Shown here: piece after piece, positions 18,776 to 28,770 of the stretch | How the letters are laid out: every line of letters starts with the position of its first letter | Numbering within the stretch: the stretch's first letter is position 1 | Source of the DNA: Candidatus Bathyarchaeia archaeon | GTDB lineage: Archaea; Thermoproteota; Bathyarchaeia; Bathyarchaeales; Bathycorpusculaceae | Direction of reading: 5' to 3' | Length of the DNA stretch: 64,000 nucleotides | Assembly (NCBI GenBank): GCA_049512075.1 | Contig: JBEKXL010000004.1 | Location: 64,001 to 128,000 of the forward strand | Made by a program: the position numbers and the translations under genes | Notes under the pieces: generated by a model | Databases searched by the model: none | What the model saw: the letters and a program-made list of their open reading frames with translations, nothing else | What the model was told of the DNA's origin: nothing

Positions 18776-20218
18776 TTAGGCATTGCCTATCTCTTTCTTG
18801 AACGCTTCCTTCAGGTTCAGTCCCCAGTCGTCCAGGGCCTTCAGTTTTCCGAGGAAGAACCTGAGAACGGGCGGTTCGGAGACGAACCTCAGTCCTTTCA
18901 CCAGGTCCCTGTGCTTGTACAGCCACTTTATCCTGTCAATCGCGTATTCGATGTGAGACACGGTGTAGACTCTTCTGGGCAGGGCTATCCTCGTCAGTTC
19001 AATGTCTGCGAAAACCTCTTTTCCCTCTTTGTCTCTGTCCATTGATATCGTGCCTCTTTCCATGCTTCTTATTCCAGAAGCTATGTAAAGCGCCGTTGCG
19101 AGCGCGCCCGCAGGATACTGGGACTGTGGGATGCTCGGGAGGAACCTCATTGCGTCAAGGTGGCAGGCCAATCCACCTGGCGGGGTGACGACGGGGATGC
19201 CTGCTTTGACGAGCTTGTTGACGAAGTATTTGATTTGCTCAACTGAGCAGCCTGCAACGTCCGGGTCGACCATTTCTCTCATTCCGACGGACATGGCGCC
19301 GATTTCTCTCATCGACATGCCGCCGTAAGTGAAGAAGCCTTCGTACACGGGCAGCCACGGTTGTATCAGCTCGAACAGCTTCAGGTTGTTGGTCGCTATG
19401 CAGCCGCCTCTGACGCACGTGTTCTTTCTTCCACTCATGTAGTAGATGTCCGCCATGCTGCACATCTCCTTCACTATTTCCGCGACCGTCTTGTTCTCGT
19501 ACCCTTTCTCCCGTTGTCTTATGAAATACGCATTTTCGGAAATCAGGCTTCCGTCTATGACGAGAAGAAGACCGTTCTCGGTGCAGATTTGCCTTATCTC
19601 CTTCAGGTTCTTCATAGAGAAGGGTTGTCCGCCGATGAGGTTGGTCGTGGCTTCCATCCGCACGAAGCCTATTTTGTCTTTTCCGTATTTCTTGATAACA
19701 TTCTTCAGCTTGTTCGGGTCCATGTTGCCCTTGAACTGGTTCGTGCTCTCAGTCTTTAACGCCTCATCATAATAAATCTCTAGAACCTGCATGCCCTGGA
19801 GTTCAATGTGGGCCTTAGTCGTGGTGAAATGATAGTTAGTGGGGACTACTCCGCCGGGTTTGGCGAAGATCTTCGCTAGAAGGTGTTCAGCCGCTCTGCC
19901 CTGGTGGGTGTTCATGACGTGCTTGTAGCCTAACACGTCTTCCACTGCCTTCGCGAACTCGTAGAAGGTCATGCTTCCTGCGTAAGCGTCGTCCGTCTTC
20001 ATCATGCCTGCGAACTGGTTGTCGCTCATAGCGTTGACGCCGCTGTCGGTGAGCATGTCTAGGAATATGTCTTTCGTCTTGAGCAGGAACGTGTTGTAGC
20101 CCGCTTCTTCTATGGCCTTGAGCCGTTCGTCAACCGGGACCAGCTGGATTTTCTGTACCATTCTTGCCTTGTGCATCTCTATCGGGATTTCTTCACCTGT
20201 GGATAGTTTTATGGACAT
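18776..20218 (-). CDS. tryptophanase / tyrosine phenol-lyase family beta-eliminating lyase
   Basis: DMLTDSG, DDAYAGS, HQGRAAE, SGRK (PLP lysine), YEGFFTYGG, PRRVY. Confidence 0.92.
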   Translation of the reverse strand: MSIKLSTGEEIPIEMHKARMVQKIQLVPVDERLKAIEEAGYNTFLLKTKDIFLDMLTDSGVNAMSDNQFAGMMKTDDAYAGSMTFYEFAKAVEDVLGYKHVMNTHQGRAAEHLLAKIFAKPGGVVPTNYHFTTTKAHIELQGMQVLEIYYDEALKTESTNQFKGNMDPNKLKNVIKKYGKDKIGFVRMEATTNLIGGQPFSMKNLKEIRQICTENGLLLVIDGSLISENAYFIRQREKGYENKTVAEIVKEMCSMADIYYMSGRKNTCVRGGCIATNNLKLFELIQPWLPVYEGFFTYGGMSMREIGAMSVGMREMVDPDVAGCSVEQIKYFVNKLVKAGIPVVTPPGGLACHLDAMRFLPSIPQSQYPAGALATALYIASGIRSMERGTISMDRDKEGKEVFADIELTRIALPRRVYTVSHIEYAIDRIKWLYKHRDLVKGLRFVSEPPVLRFFLGKLKALDDWGLNLKEAFKKEIGNA

Positions 20219-20371
20219 AACTCAAACCTCGTGAGTTTGGTCATATCTTGCACACGTTTTATAATGCTTTCGGTCTCCCTTTTTTCATCGGTCTTTGCGT
20301 CTTTCCCACCAAAACCTATATGTGAAACCCGAAGACTGTCACAATCTTCAATCAACTTGGAGAGAAACTCT

Positions 20372-22249
20372 TTGCCTGACCGGAAAGTTTTGTTGCAGGA
20401 CGCGCCGGGAAAACGGGTGCTCCTGCTCGGCAACGAAGCCATCGCGCGGGGAATTCTAGAAGCCGGAGTGAGTGTGGTAACCACTTATCCAGGCACACCC
20501 GCGTCTGAAATAGGCGACTCCATTTCAGAAATCGCTTCTCAAGTCGGGTTGTACATGGAGTACTCGGTCAACGAGATGGTCGCCGTTGAAGTTGCAGCTG
20601 GCGCTGCAAACTGTGGAGTGAGAGCCCTCACGGCCATGAAGCATGTTGGACTCAACGTGGCCGCCGACTTAGTCATGACGCTAGCCTACACGGGCGTAAG
20701 AGGAGGCTACGTAATCGTCACAGCGGACGATCCAGAATGCTACAGCTCCCAGAACGAGCAGGACAACCGCTTCTACGCTCTGCTCGCAAACCTGCCCTGC
20801 TTGGAGCCCTCAGATGCTCAGGAAGCGAAGGAAATGACAGTTTACGCCGTCGATATCTCGGAGAAGCTTGAGCTGCCCGTGCTCCTGAGAACCACAACCC
20901 GCGTGAGCCACACACGCGGACCCGTCGTGTACGGGGAATTAAGGAAACCAAACTTGAAAGGCGATTTCGTGAGAGACGTGAAACGCTTGGTCATGGTGCC
21001 CGCCAACTCCAGACCCAAGCATGAAGTTCTACTGAAGCAGGCGGCAAAAGCCATGGAAATCAGCGAAGAATCACCCTTCAACAAGGTCACGCGAAGGGGC
21101 GCGGAAATGGGCATGATCTCGTCAAGCTCAGCCTATAACTGCGCGGTCGAAGCGGCGAGTCTGCTCGGCTTGGATGCGGGCGTTCTCAAGCTCGGCATGA
21201 CCCATCCGCTTCCAGAAAAGATGATTGCAGAGTTCTTGAAGAGTTACGACCGAGTAGTTGTTGTGGAGGAGCTTGAACCCTACTTGGAGATGCAGATCAA
21301 AGCAATAGCCAAAGACTACGCCCCCGACACGGTCATATGCGGAAAGATGAACGGGCAATATTTCCCAAGGGAAGGAGAGCTCACAACTCGCCTTGTTGCA
21401 ACAGGCCTTTCCGAGATAACCGCCAAAAAACTTCCCATAGATTTCCGGAAGATTGAGGAGAAGTACGGCGGGGTGGTCAAGGATTTGCCGTCGAGGCCTC
21501 CAATCCTCTGCGCTGGTTGCCCACACAGGGCGTCCTTCTACGTCATAAAGAAGGTTGGAGGGGAGATGGCGGTGTATCCGGATGATATAGGCTGTTACGC
21601 GTTGGGAATCGCTCCGCCGTTGGGCGTGGGTGATATCATGATTTGCATGGGGGCAAGCGTAGGCACTGCCCAGGGAATAAGCAGGGTGACGGGCAGAGAC
21701 ACCGTGGCCACGATTGGAGACTCGACGTTTTTCCACGCCGGGATTCCTGGGCTGGTGAACGCCGTTTACAATAATAGCAGGATAGTCGTGGTTGTGTTGG
21801 ACAATCTTGCCACGGCCATGACTGGGCATCAGCCGCACCCTGGAACGGGCCTGACTGGCATGCAGAATCCGGCCGAGAGGATTCTCATCGAAAAAGTCGC
21901 GGAAGGATGCGGCGTCAAGTACGTCAGAGTCGTGGACCCCTTTAGGACGAAGGAGGCCGCGACGACGTTGAAGGGAGCATTGCAGCAGCCAGGGCCTTCG
22001 GTCGTGGTTTTCCGCGCTCCGTGTACATTGATGGACGCGAGAGAAAAGAGGCGCAGGGGCATGGCACCCGCGCCCTCCAGAATCACCGAAAAGTGCACAA
22101 ACTGCATGGCCTGCATCAAACTGTTGGGCTGTCCGGCCATAGTGGTTGAAGAAGGAAAGGTGAGAATCGATGAGAACTCTTGCACCGCGTGCGGGCTCTG
22201 TATTTCTGTCTGCCCTTACGGCGCGATAGAGGGGAGTTGTGCAGAATGA
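20372..22249 (+). CDS. iorA: indolepyruvate:ferredoxin oxidoreductase alpha subunit
   Basis: GNEAIARG, YPGTP, MKHVGLNVAAD, LCAGCPHR, IGDSTFFH, C-terminal ferredoxin; start set at TTG 20372. Confidence 0.93.
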   Translation: MPDRKVLLQDAPGKRVLLLGNEAIARGILEAGVSVVTTYPGTPASEIGDSISEIASQVGLYMEYSVNEMVAVEVAAGAANCGVRALTAMKHVGLNVAADLVMTLAYTGVRGGYVIVTADDPECYSSQNEQDNRFYALLANLPCLEPSDAQEAKEMTVYAVDISEKLELPVLLRTTTRVSHTRGPVVYGELRKPNLKGDFVRDVKRLVMVPANSRPKHEVLLKQAAKAMEISEESPFNKVTRRGAEMGMISSSSAYNCAVEAASLLGLDAGVLKLGMTHPLPEKMIAEFLKSYDRVVVVEELEPYLEMQIKAIAKDYAPDTVICGKMNGQYFPREGELTTRLVATGLSEITAKKLPIDFRKIEEKYGGVVKDLPSRPPILCAGCPHRASFYVIKKVGGEMAVYPDDIGCYALGIAPPLGVGDIMICMGASVGTAQGISRVTGRDTVATIGDSTFFHAGIPGLVNAVYNNSRIVVVVLDNLATAMTGHQPHPGTGLTGMQNPAERILIEKVAEGCGVKYVRVVDPFRTKEAATTLKGALQQPGPSVVVFRAPCTLMDAREKRRRGMAPAPSRITEKCTNCMACIKLLGCPAIVVEEGKVRIDENSCTACGLCISVCPYGAIEGSCAE

Positions 22250-22854
22250 AGGAGTTCAACATCGTTCTGGCCGGTGTAGGTGGACAGGGCACGTTGTTAG
22301 CCGCCGAGGTCATAGGCTCTGCTGCTGTCAGGGACGGTTTGAATGTTCGGGTGAGCGAAATCCACGGTATGGCTCAACGTGGCGGGTCCGTGGTTTCAAA
22401 CGTGAGGATAGGTGAAGGTGTTCTCGCGTCTACTGTGTTGGAAGGCCAAGCAGACGTTCTCCTAGGATTTGAGCCTCTGGAAACAGTGCGGAACTTGAAG
22501 AGTGCATCAGAAAAAACGCTCGTCATAATGAACACTCAGCGAATCCCTCCCACCGAGCTTGCCGCCAAGAACACGGAGTATCCGAGCGTTGAGGAGGTCT
22601 TGGCGAAGATTCGTCTGTTCACGGGCGAGGTGATCGTCATTGAAGCGGGTGAGCTGGCCAAGAAAGCTGGGAGCAGGTTGACGCAGAACAGTGTGTTGTT
22701 GGGGGCTTTGGCTGCGGCTAAAGATTTTCCAGTGAATGCTCAGAGTGTGGTTGAGGTTTTGCGGGAGCTCGTTCCAAAAAAGTACGTGGAAATGAACGTT
22801 AAGGCGTTCGAGCTTGGCCGTGACAGTGTGAGAAAGGAGCAGAAGCGATTCTAG
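22246..22854 (+). CDS. iorB: indolepyruvate:ferredoxin oxidoreductase beta subunit
   Basis: GVGGQG, SEIHGMAQRGGSV; ATGA overlap with iorA. Confidence 0.93.
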   Translation: MKEFNIVLAGVGGQGTLLAAEVIGSAAVRDGLNVRVSEIHGMAQRGGSVVSNVRIGEGVLASTVLEGQADVLLGFEPLETVRNLKSASEKTLVIMNTQRIPPTELAAKNTEYPSVEEVLAKIRLFTGEVIVIEAGELAKKAGSRLTQNSVLLGALAAAKDFPVNAQSVVEVLRELVPKKYVEMNVKAFELGRDSVRKEQKRF

Positions 22855-23216
22855 CTATCCTTGGTTTTTGAGTGTGTCTGGTCTGTCTTCTCGTTGTCTA
22901 GGATGGCTTTGAGTATGCCTTGGAAGAGTTTCATGTCGGAGACGTTTACGACTGGTATCTGGAAGCTTTTGACGATTTCGTAGAGTTTTTCGTATTTTGG
23001 GAACTTTGCGTAGCAGACTTGGCTTATGGGAAACTCTTTGTTCTTCAGCTCGTGCTCGAAGGATTTTTCGTACACTTCTAGGCACAGCAGGTAGCCGTTT
23101 ATCCAGTAGAGTCTGCTGACGCTGTAGGTTGCGGCGCACCAGGCGATGTTTTCGACTGAGCGGTTGTCTAGGCCTAGAATGTTGACTTTGTTAGTTGGCG
23201 TGACTTGGACGTCCAT
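22851..23216 (-). CDS. conserved archaeal hypothetical protein
   Basis: 121-aa ORF in operon position after XPF. Confidence 0.6.
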   Translation of the reverse strand: MDVQVTPTNKVNILGLDNRSVENIAWCAATYSVSRLYWINGYLLCLEVYEKSFEHELKNKEFPISQVCYAKFPKYEKLYEIVKSFQIPVVNVSDMKLFQGILKAILDNEKTDQTHSKTKDS

Positions 23217-23222
23217 GTTTGT

Positions 23223-23933
23223 TCACTCTGTGAAGGGTGTATTGAGGACGTCTTTAACTTTGCTGCTTATTTTGGGTCCGAGTCCATGGACGGTTTCGGA
23301 CCAGTCGTCCACGTTTATTAGGGCGTTCAACGGTGTCTGATAGGATTTGAGTATGGCTAATGCCTTTTCTCTTCCGACGTTGGGTAGGCTGGCGATGAGG
23401 TATATCTGCGCGTCGGCTGTTGTGTCGACTCTCTTGAAGGGGTGGACTGTGGGAGCTCTTTTTTCGATTATCTGTTCTTGGCGTGCGGCTACGTAGAGAA
23501 AGTCGACCGTTTCCTTGTATGATGTGGTGTTTATTATTGCAACTCCGTTTTTTGCGAGGCTGAACAGTGCTCCCCAGACCGATGCTGGTTGGATTCGGCT
23601 GTACTTGTAGATTATGGGCAGATATCCTTCTAGGAGGATGAGTGATTTTGGGTAGACTTCCTTCAGTTTGAACAGTTGCTCAAAGAGGAAGCGTCGGGTG
23701 AGCGTGTAAACGAAGTCGTGGACGGTTTTTCTTTCAACGGCGCACTGATCAGATAAAATGTAATCCCCTTTTTCTAGGGTTTCTGTTCTGATGTTGGCAC
23801 CGCGTTCTGCGAGTCCTTTGACGATTTTTGCCGCCGTGTTGGCCTCGCGGCTGTCCACGATAATCGTTGGTTGCTCACGTTCACTTTCCTTTTTTTCTTT
23901 GAGGTAAGGAAGCAAGGTTTCGGTTCCGGACAT
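23223..23933 (-). CDS. xpf: XPF/ERCC4 structure-specific nuclease (short form)
   Basis: IVDSRE, GDY, VERKT.HDF, two HhH motifs. Confidence 0.9.
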   Translation of the reverse strand: MSGTETLLPYLKEKKESEREQPTIIVDSREANTAAKIVKGLAERGANIRTETLEKGDYILSDQCAVERKTVHDFVYTLTRRFLFEQLFKLKEVYPKSLILLEGYLPIIYKYSRIQPASVWGALFSLAKNGVAIINTTSYKETVDFLYVAARQEQIIEKRAPTVHPFKRVDTTADAQIYLIASLPNVGREKALAILKSYQTPLNALINVDDWSETVHGLGPKISSKVKDVLNTPFTE

Positions 23934-24133
23934 CTTGTCCACTCCAGTAGCGTATCTTTCACTCTGGCACTTATCCTTATTTGCATTTGCGGAAACGTCG
24001 AAAGAATCAGCGTTCCGAAGATGCAACGCCCTTGGTCTGTGCTGCGCAGTCTTACAACGTTGGAGTTATGTTAAGTCTTATATTATTGACTGTTAGAATA
24101 GGAGTGTGCCTCGCTTGTTGGAACGTGTGTTTG

Positions 24134-25459
24134 ATGAGAAAGACAATATTCAAGAAGCTTGAGGCTCAGGGACTGATTGCGAATTACAATCATCTGAGAA
24201 GGAACTTGCCTCCGAAGCTTCCTGAGAAAGTTTTCATCTGGGACGAAACCCTGAGGGAAGGAGTTCAGGCTCCCGCTGTTTTTCTGACGTACGTTGAAAA
24301 AGTCAAACTCGCCAAGATGATGGACGAGACAGGCGTGAGCCTAATAACCGTGGGTTTTCCTGCACTCTCAGAGGAAGAAAAAAGCACCGTTAAAAAAATC
24401 GCCAACGAAGGCTTTCAGCAAGCAAGCCTCGCCGCTTCAGCGCGCATCCTCAAAAGCGACATAGACCTTTGCCTAGAATGCGGCATACGAGAGATTCCAG
24501 TATTCACGCCCTTCAACGGACTCAACCTACAACACAGACTGAAAATGACCAAAGAAGAAGTACTGAAAAGAACAGTCGAGTGCATTGAGTACGCGAAAAA
24601 ACATGGCGTGAAGGTGGATTTTGTCCTCGAAGATGCTTCAAGGACACCTTTGCCCGAGATTTTGCAGATTTTCGAGGCGGCAGTGAAAGCTGGGGCGGAC
24701 CGACTGGTGGTCGCAGACACTGTGGGTTTCTTGAGGCCACTGTCGATGCGTTATCTCATTTCTCACGTTAGAGACGGTTTATCAGAGCTGCTTAAGAAGG
24801 ATGTTCCTCTCTCAGTTCACTGTCACAATGATTTCGGCCTGGCGACGGCGAACAGTCTAGCTGCTGTTGAAGAAGGCGTAGCCTACGTGCACACGTGCGT
24901 TGCCGGGTACGGTGAAAGGGCAGGATGCACACCCCTGGAAGAAGTGTGCACCGCTCTAGAACTGCTCTACGACGTGGACACCGGCGTAGACTTGGACAAA
25001 CTCTACAGGCTTTCGCAGCTGGCTGAGAAAGCTTTTGCCTTGCCCATCCAGTTTCACAAGCCGCTCATAGGAGAGAACGCCTTTTCATACGAAGAAGACG
25101 AAAACGTTAAGGACGTGCTTTCAGATCCACTCACAATTGTACCGTTTCCGCCGGAAATCATCGGAAGAGAAACCCTGTTTTACCTCGGCAGGCGCGCAGG
25201 CAAGAACATGGTTGCGAACCGTTTGGCACAGGCAGGAATCAAGGCCACCCCCATGCAGATAGAAGAAATCGTTAGAAGGATCAGGGGAGCACATGAAAGC
25301 TTGGACAAAGGCGAGGCCCAGATGACCTTCTACCAAATAAAGAAACTGCTGAAGGACCTCAGGAAAGGCTTGACAGAAGAAGAATTCTGGAAAATAGTTG
25401 AGCAAGTCACAAGGCAGAAGCCCAAGCTTCCCCAGGAAGAGAAAACTGCAAATTCTTGA
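24134..25459 (+). CDS. isopropylmalate/homocitrate/citramalate synthase family (DRE-TIM) protein lacking the regulatory domain
   Basis: DETLREGVQ, DTVG, HCHNDFGLATAN, GERAG. Confidence 0.85.
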   Translation: MRKTIFKKLEAQGLIANYNHLRRNLPPKLPEKVFIWDETLREGVQAPAVFLTYVEKVKLAKMMDETGVSLITVGFPALSEEEKSTVKKIANEGFQQASLAASARILKSDIDLCLECGIREIPVFTPFNGLNLQHRLKMTKEEVLKRTVECIEYAKKHGVKVDFVLEDASRTPLPEILQIFEAAVKAGADRLVVADTVGFLRPLSMRYLISHVRDGLSELLKKDVPLSVHCHNDFGLATANSLAAVEEGVAYVHTCVAGYGERAGCTPLEEVCTALELLYDVDTGVDLDKLYRLSQLAEKAFALPIQFHKPLIGENAFSYEEDENVKDVLSDPLTIVPFPPEIIGRETLFYLGRRAGKNMVANRLAQAGIKATPMQIEEIVRRIRGAHESLDKGEAQMTFYQIKKLLKDLRKGLTEEEFWKIVEQVTRQKPKLPQEEKTANS

Positions 25460-25547
25460 AGTGTTCAGCGCGCACTCAGCCTGACCCCGGAGCTTCACCC
25501 AGCACGCCGACAATAGTTTACGGAGTTCGCAAGAACCAATCTTATAT

Positions 25548-26750
25548 ATGTGCTTCCTTTTAAGAATCGAGCGGGTGAGCTTTTTGGATTTGGAACTGAC
25601 TGCTGAGCAGAAAATGGTAGTTAAAGCAGCTTCCGAAGTGGCGAAGGATTTCGATCCAGAATACTGGAGGAATAAAGACAAGAATCACGAGTTTCCTGAA
25701 GATTTCTGGAAGGCCCTGGTTGACGCCGGTTTTGTGGGTATCCTTATACCTGAAAAATACGGCGGAGGTGGCATGGGAATGTTTGAGATGATTTTGGCGA
25801 TGGAGACTTTGACCTCTGAAAGCTGCGGGTTAGCAGGAGAATGGTTTTTGTGTTTAACCTCTGTTTTCGGAGGTTTGTCCATATTGAAACATGGAAATGA
25901 GCTTCAGAAAGACAATTATCTGCCCAGAATTTCCAAAGGCATGGAGTTCTGTTTGGGTTTGACTGAACCAGACGCGGGAAGCAACACTCTGAACATCCAA
26001 ACAGCAGCAGTGGAAACTGGAGACGAATACGTGATAAACGGAAGAAAGACCCTCATTTCAGGAGCAGACAGGGCAAAAGGAATGCTGCTCGTAACAAGAA
26101 CAACTCCGTTGGAAAAGGCGGCGAAAAGAACCCTAGGGTTAAGTCTGTTCCTCGTGGATCTGCCCAACCAAGCAGTGGAAGTAACTCCGATAGAGAAACA
26201 CGGAATCAACTACTCAAATACCTGTGACGTCTACATCACGGATCTCCGAGTCCCTCGGGAAAACCTGTTGGGTGAGAAGGACAAGGGCTGGTACCTAGTA
26301 CTGGACACTCTGAACCCTGAAAGAATGTCCTTCTCAGCAGCCGCTGCAGGGCTAGGGCTGTTGGCGATCAAAAAGGCAGTTGAACACGCGAAGCAGAGGA
26401 AGGTTTTCGGGGCTCCAATCGGCTCTTACCAGGCACTGCAGTTTCCGCTTGCAGAAGCAAAGGCCAAGATTGAGGCTGCTAGGTTGCTCAATTACAAGGC
26501 CGCGTGGCTTTACGACCGAGGACAGCCCTGTGGCGCCGAGGCGAACATGGCCAAGGTTGTCGCAGTAGAAGCAGGCATCCAAGCCGTATACCATGCCATG
26601 CAGACTTTCGGCGGCTACGGCTATGCAGTGGACTATGACGTGGAGCGTTGGTGGAGAGAAGTGAATCTAACTAGACTGGCACCAGTAACACATGAAATGG
26701 CTCTGTCATTCATAGGTGAACATGTTCTGGGCCTACCAAAATCCTACTAA
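25548..26750 (+). CDS. acyl-CoA dehydrogenase
   Basis: GLTEPDAGS, INGRK, FGAPIG.YQALQF, QTFGGYGY; start uncertain. Confidence 0.93.
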   Translation: MCFLLRIERVSFLDLELTAEQKMVVKAASEVAKDFDPEYWRNKDKNHEFPEDFWKALVDAGFVGILIPEKYGGGGMGMFEMILAMETLTSESCGLAGEWFLCLTSVFGGLSILKHGNELQKDNYLPRISKGMEFCLGLTEPDAGSNTLNIQTAAVETGDEYVINGRKTLISGADRAKGMLLVTRTTPLEKAAKRTLGLSLFLVDLPNQAVEVTPIEKHGINYSNTCDVYITDLRVPRENLLGEKDKGWYLVLDTLNPERMSFSAAAAGLGLLAIKKAVEHAKQRKVFGAPIGSYQALQFPLAEAKAKIEAARLLNYKAAWLYDRGQPCGAEANMAKVVAVEAGIQAVYHAMQTFGGYGYAVDYDVERWWREVNLTRLAPVTHEMALSFIGEHVLGLPKSY

Positions 26751-26843
26751 ATCTCCGAATATTCCCATCTCGGCATCCAGTGTTCAACACTATTAGTAAT
26801 GGCTACACACACATGACAGTCATGCGTTAGCCTTTGGTGCACG

Positions 26844-27635
26844 CTATTTGGTTCTCGGTATGTAGATTCCGTTGGGGTCTATCGCTCTCAGAAGCGCCAG
26901 TTCCTCACAGGTGGGCAGTTCGGTTGTCGGCACGTCTCTCGGTACTACCAGGTCAAACTCTGTGTTTTCTAGCACTTGTTGAACTGAAACGCGGGGATGA
27001 ACCGTGGTCAGTCTGATGTGTTTTGTTCTGGGTTCAAAGTCCATTTGGCAAAGGTTGGTTACTACAAGTGTTGGACCGCCGCCGAGCAACCCCGCTTTTT
27101 GCCTGGCTTCAGGTCCGTCCAAGAACCCGGGGCTTGTCAGGTAGTCGAGCTTTTTGACCATTTTCCTTTTCTCATGAGTCATTATAACCACCGTGCGTCG
27201 GGCTGATGACATTATGTCGTTTCCTCCTCCGCTTCCAGGCAGTCTCACGGTTGGTTTTTCGAAGCTTCCAATGTAGGTCGTGTTCAGGTTTCCGTACATA
27301 TCGATTTGCGCCGCTCCGACAAAGCCTACATCCACGTGTCCACCTTGAAGCATGAGCCCTAGGGTTTCGATTAGACCGATGGCCGCGGAAGCGCGGTGGC
27401 CCAGCCTAGAGTCAGCTATTGACAGGGCGACGTCTCTGGCGTTTGAATCTATGAAACCTGCTTCAAAAACGATTTTTGCTCCCGGCGCATGCGTTCTCTT
27501 GGCCAGCAAGGCTGCAATCATGGGCAAGCCTGTGCCGACGAAGACAACCTCGCAGTTCTTTATCGCTCTTGACCCGCACACGGCCATGAGCTCAAGTGTG
27601 GAAAATTCGTCGATGTCTGCAAGTTTGTTAGTCAT
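26844..27635 (-). CDS. family I CoA-transferase beta subunit (GctB-like)
   Basis: VGTGLP, GAAQID.YGNLN, LPGSGGGND. Confidence 0.9.
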   Translation of the reverse strand: MTNKLADIDEFSTLELMAVCGSRAIKNCEVVFVGTGLPMIAALLAKRTHAPGAKIVFEAGFIDSNARDVALSIADSRLGHRASAAIGLIETLGLMLQGGHVDVGFVGAAQIDMYGNLNTTYIGSFEKPTVRLPGSGGGNDIMSSARRTVVIMTHEKRKMVKKLDYLTSPGFLDGPEARQKAGLLGGGPTLVVTNLCQMDFEPRTKHIRLTTVHPRVSVQQVLENTEFDLVVPRDVPTTELPTCEELALLRAIDPNGIYIPRTK

Positions 27636-27650
27636 TTTCGTTCTTTCCCC

Positions 27651-28571
27651 TCAGTAGGCAAACGGTTTCTTGGCTCTGAACTTCATGAGTCGTTCGATGC
27701 CTATTTTGGTAAGGAACTCTATATGGTCCTTCGGGCCCGTTATGTATTCGTTGCAGTATTTTTGCCACCCTTCCTCGGTTTTGCACTGGTCATAGTACAT
27801 GCGTACGTGTTCAATGTCGTAATCGTAATAGTTGTAAACCATCATCGGAAACGAACCCCATGGACACTCAACGACATGGGTCACATAAATGTTGGGTATC
27901 ACTGTTTGGTCTGGCTGAGACCTAATGAACTCCGTGTCAACAATTTCTTCAGCCAAAACTATTACTTTCTTGCCGGCCCTGGCGCCTTCCACATCCTCGC
28001 CTTTGATGCCGTCAATCTGAACGTTTCCCTCTCTGTCCACCCGTGAGGCATGCACGATGCTGAAGTCTGGGCGGACAGATGGAACGAGTACTACCCTTTC
28101 TCCGCTGAATGGGCAGTCCATGACCTCTGCCTTCTTAGTTCTGAACCTCTTTTTTGCAAGAACATCTGTGCCGAGCATGCTTTTCAAGGGCATGAATGGC
28201 ACACCGAGCGCGCCACCCATGAATCGCAAGGCCATAGCCAGGTTTGAATAGTCCTCGATCTCTATTGCCCCTTCACGGATTCTGCGTTGAATATTGGGTA
28301 CCAACCCTATGCCTTCAATTGCAAAAAACGCCAGTTCAAGGCGCGACACAACCTTTGCCCCGCACAGGATATCCATGTCCATTTCCGAACCGCATGTGTA
28401 AATGGTCAAACCACGCTTGTTCTGCCTTACAAGCTCATGTGCGAAAGCCATGGGGGGACGTTGAAAACCAAAGCCTCCCCAGAAAAGATGTGCCCCATCT
28501 GGAACGAGCTTCACAGCTTCCTTAAGCGTTATTCTCTTGTCTTCTACGGGCGCCTCAACCAAACTCTTCAC
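27651..28571 (-). CDS. family I CoA-transferase alpha subunit (GctA-like)
   Basis: GGFGFQRPPMA, GALGVPFMP, HASRVD.EGN; start set at GTG 28571. Confidence 0.88.
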   Translation of the reverse strand: MKSLVEAPVEDKRITLKEAVKLVPDGAHLFWGGFGFQRPPMAFAHELVRQNKRGLTIYTCGSEMDMDILCGAKVVSRLELAFFAIEGIGLVPNIQRRIREGAIEIEDYSNLAMALRFMGGALGVPFMPLKSMLGTDVLAKKRFRTKKAEVMDCPFSGERVVLVPSVRPDFSIVHASRVDREGNVQIDGIKGEDVEGARAGKKVIVLAEEIVDTEFIRSQPDQTVIPNIYVTHVVECPWGSFPMMVYNYYDYDIEHVRMYYDQCKTEEGWQKYCNEYITGPKDHIEFLTKIGIERLMKFRAKKPFAY

Positions 28572-28770
28572 CAGCAATCTAGCAATGCATAGATGCGCAT
28601 CCCCCACATAGATTTTTCGACTTAAACGCTGCAAAACTCCGTGCATGTGAAGTTCTTTGGAAGAGAGAGTTCTCCATGGCGTTCATGAAGCATATTCAGA
28701 GATACGTTTCAATGTGTTCTCTGCGCCCTTCTCAGCAGCCTTTTTGGTTATCCGAGTAAGCGCGCTATTT

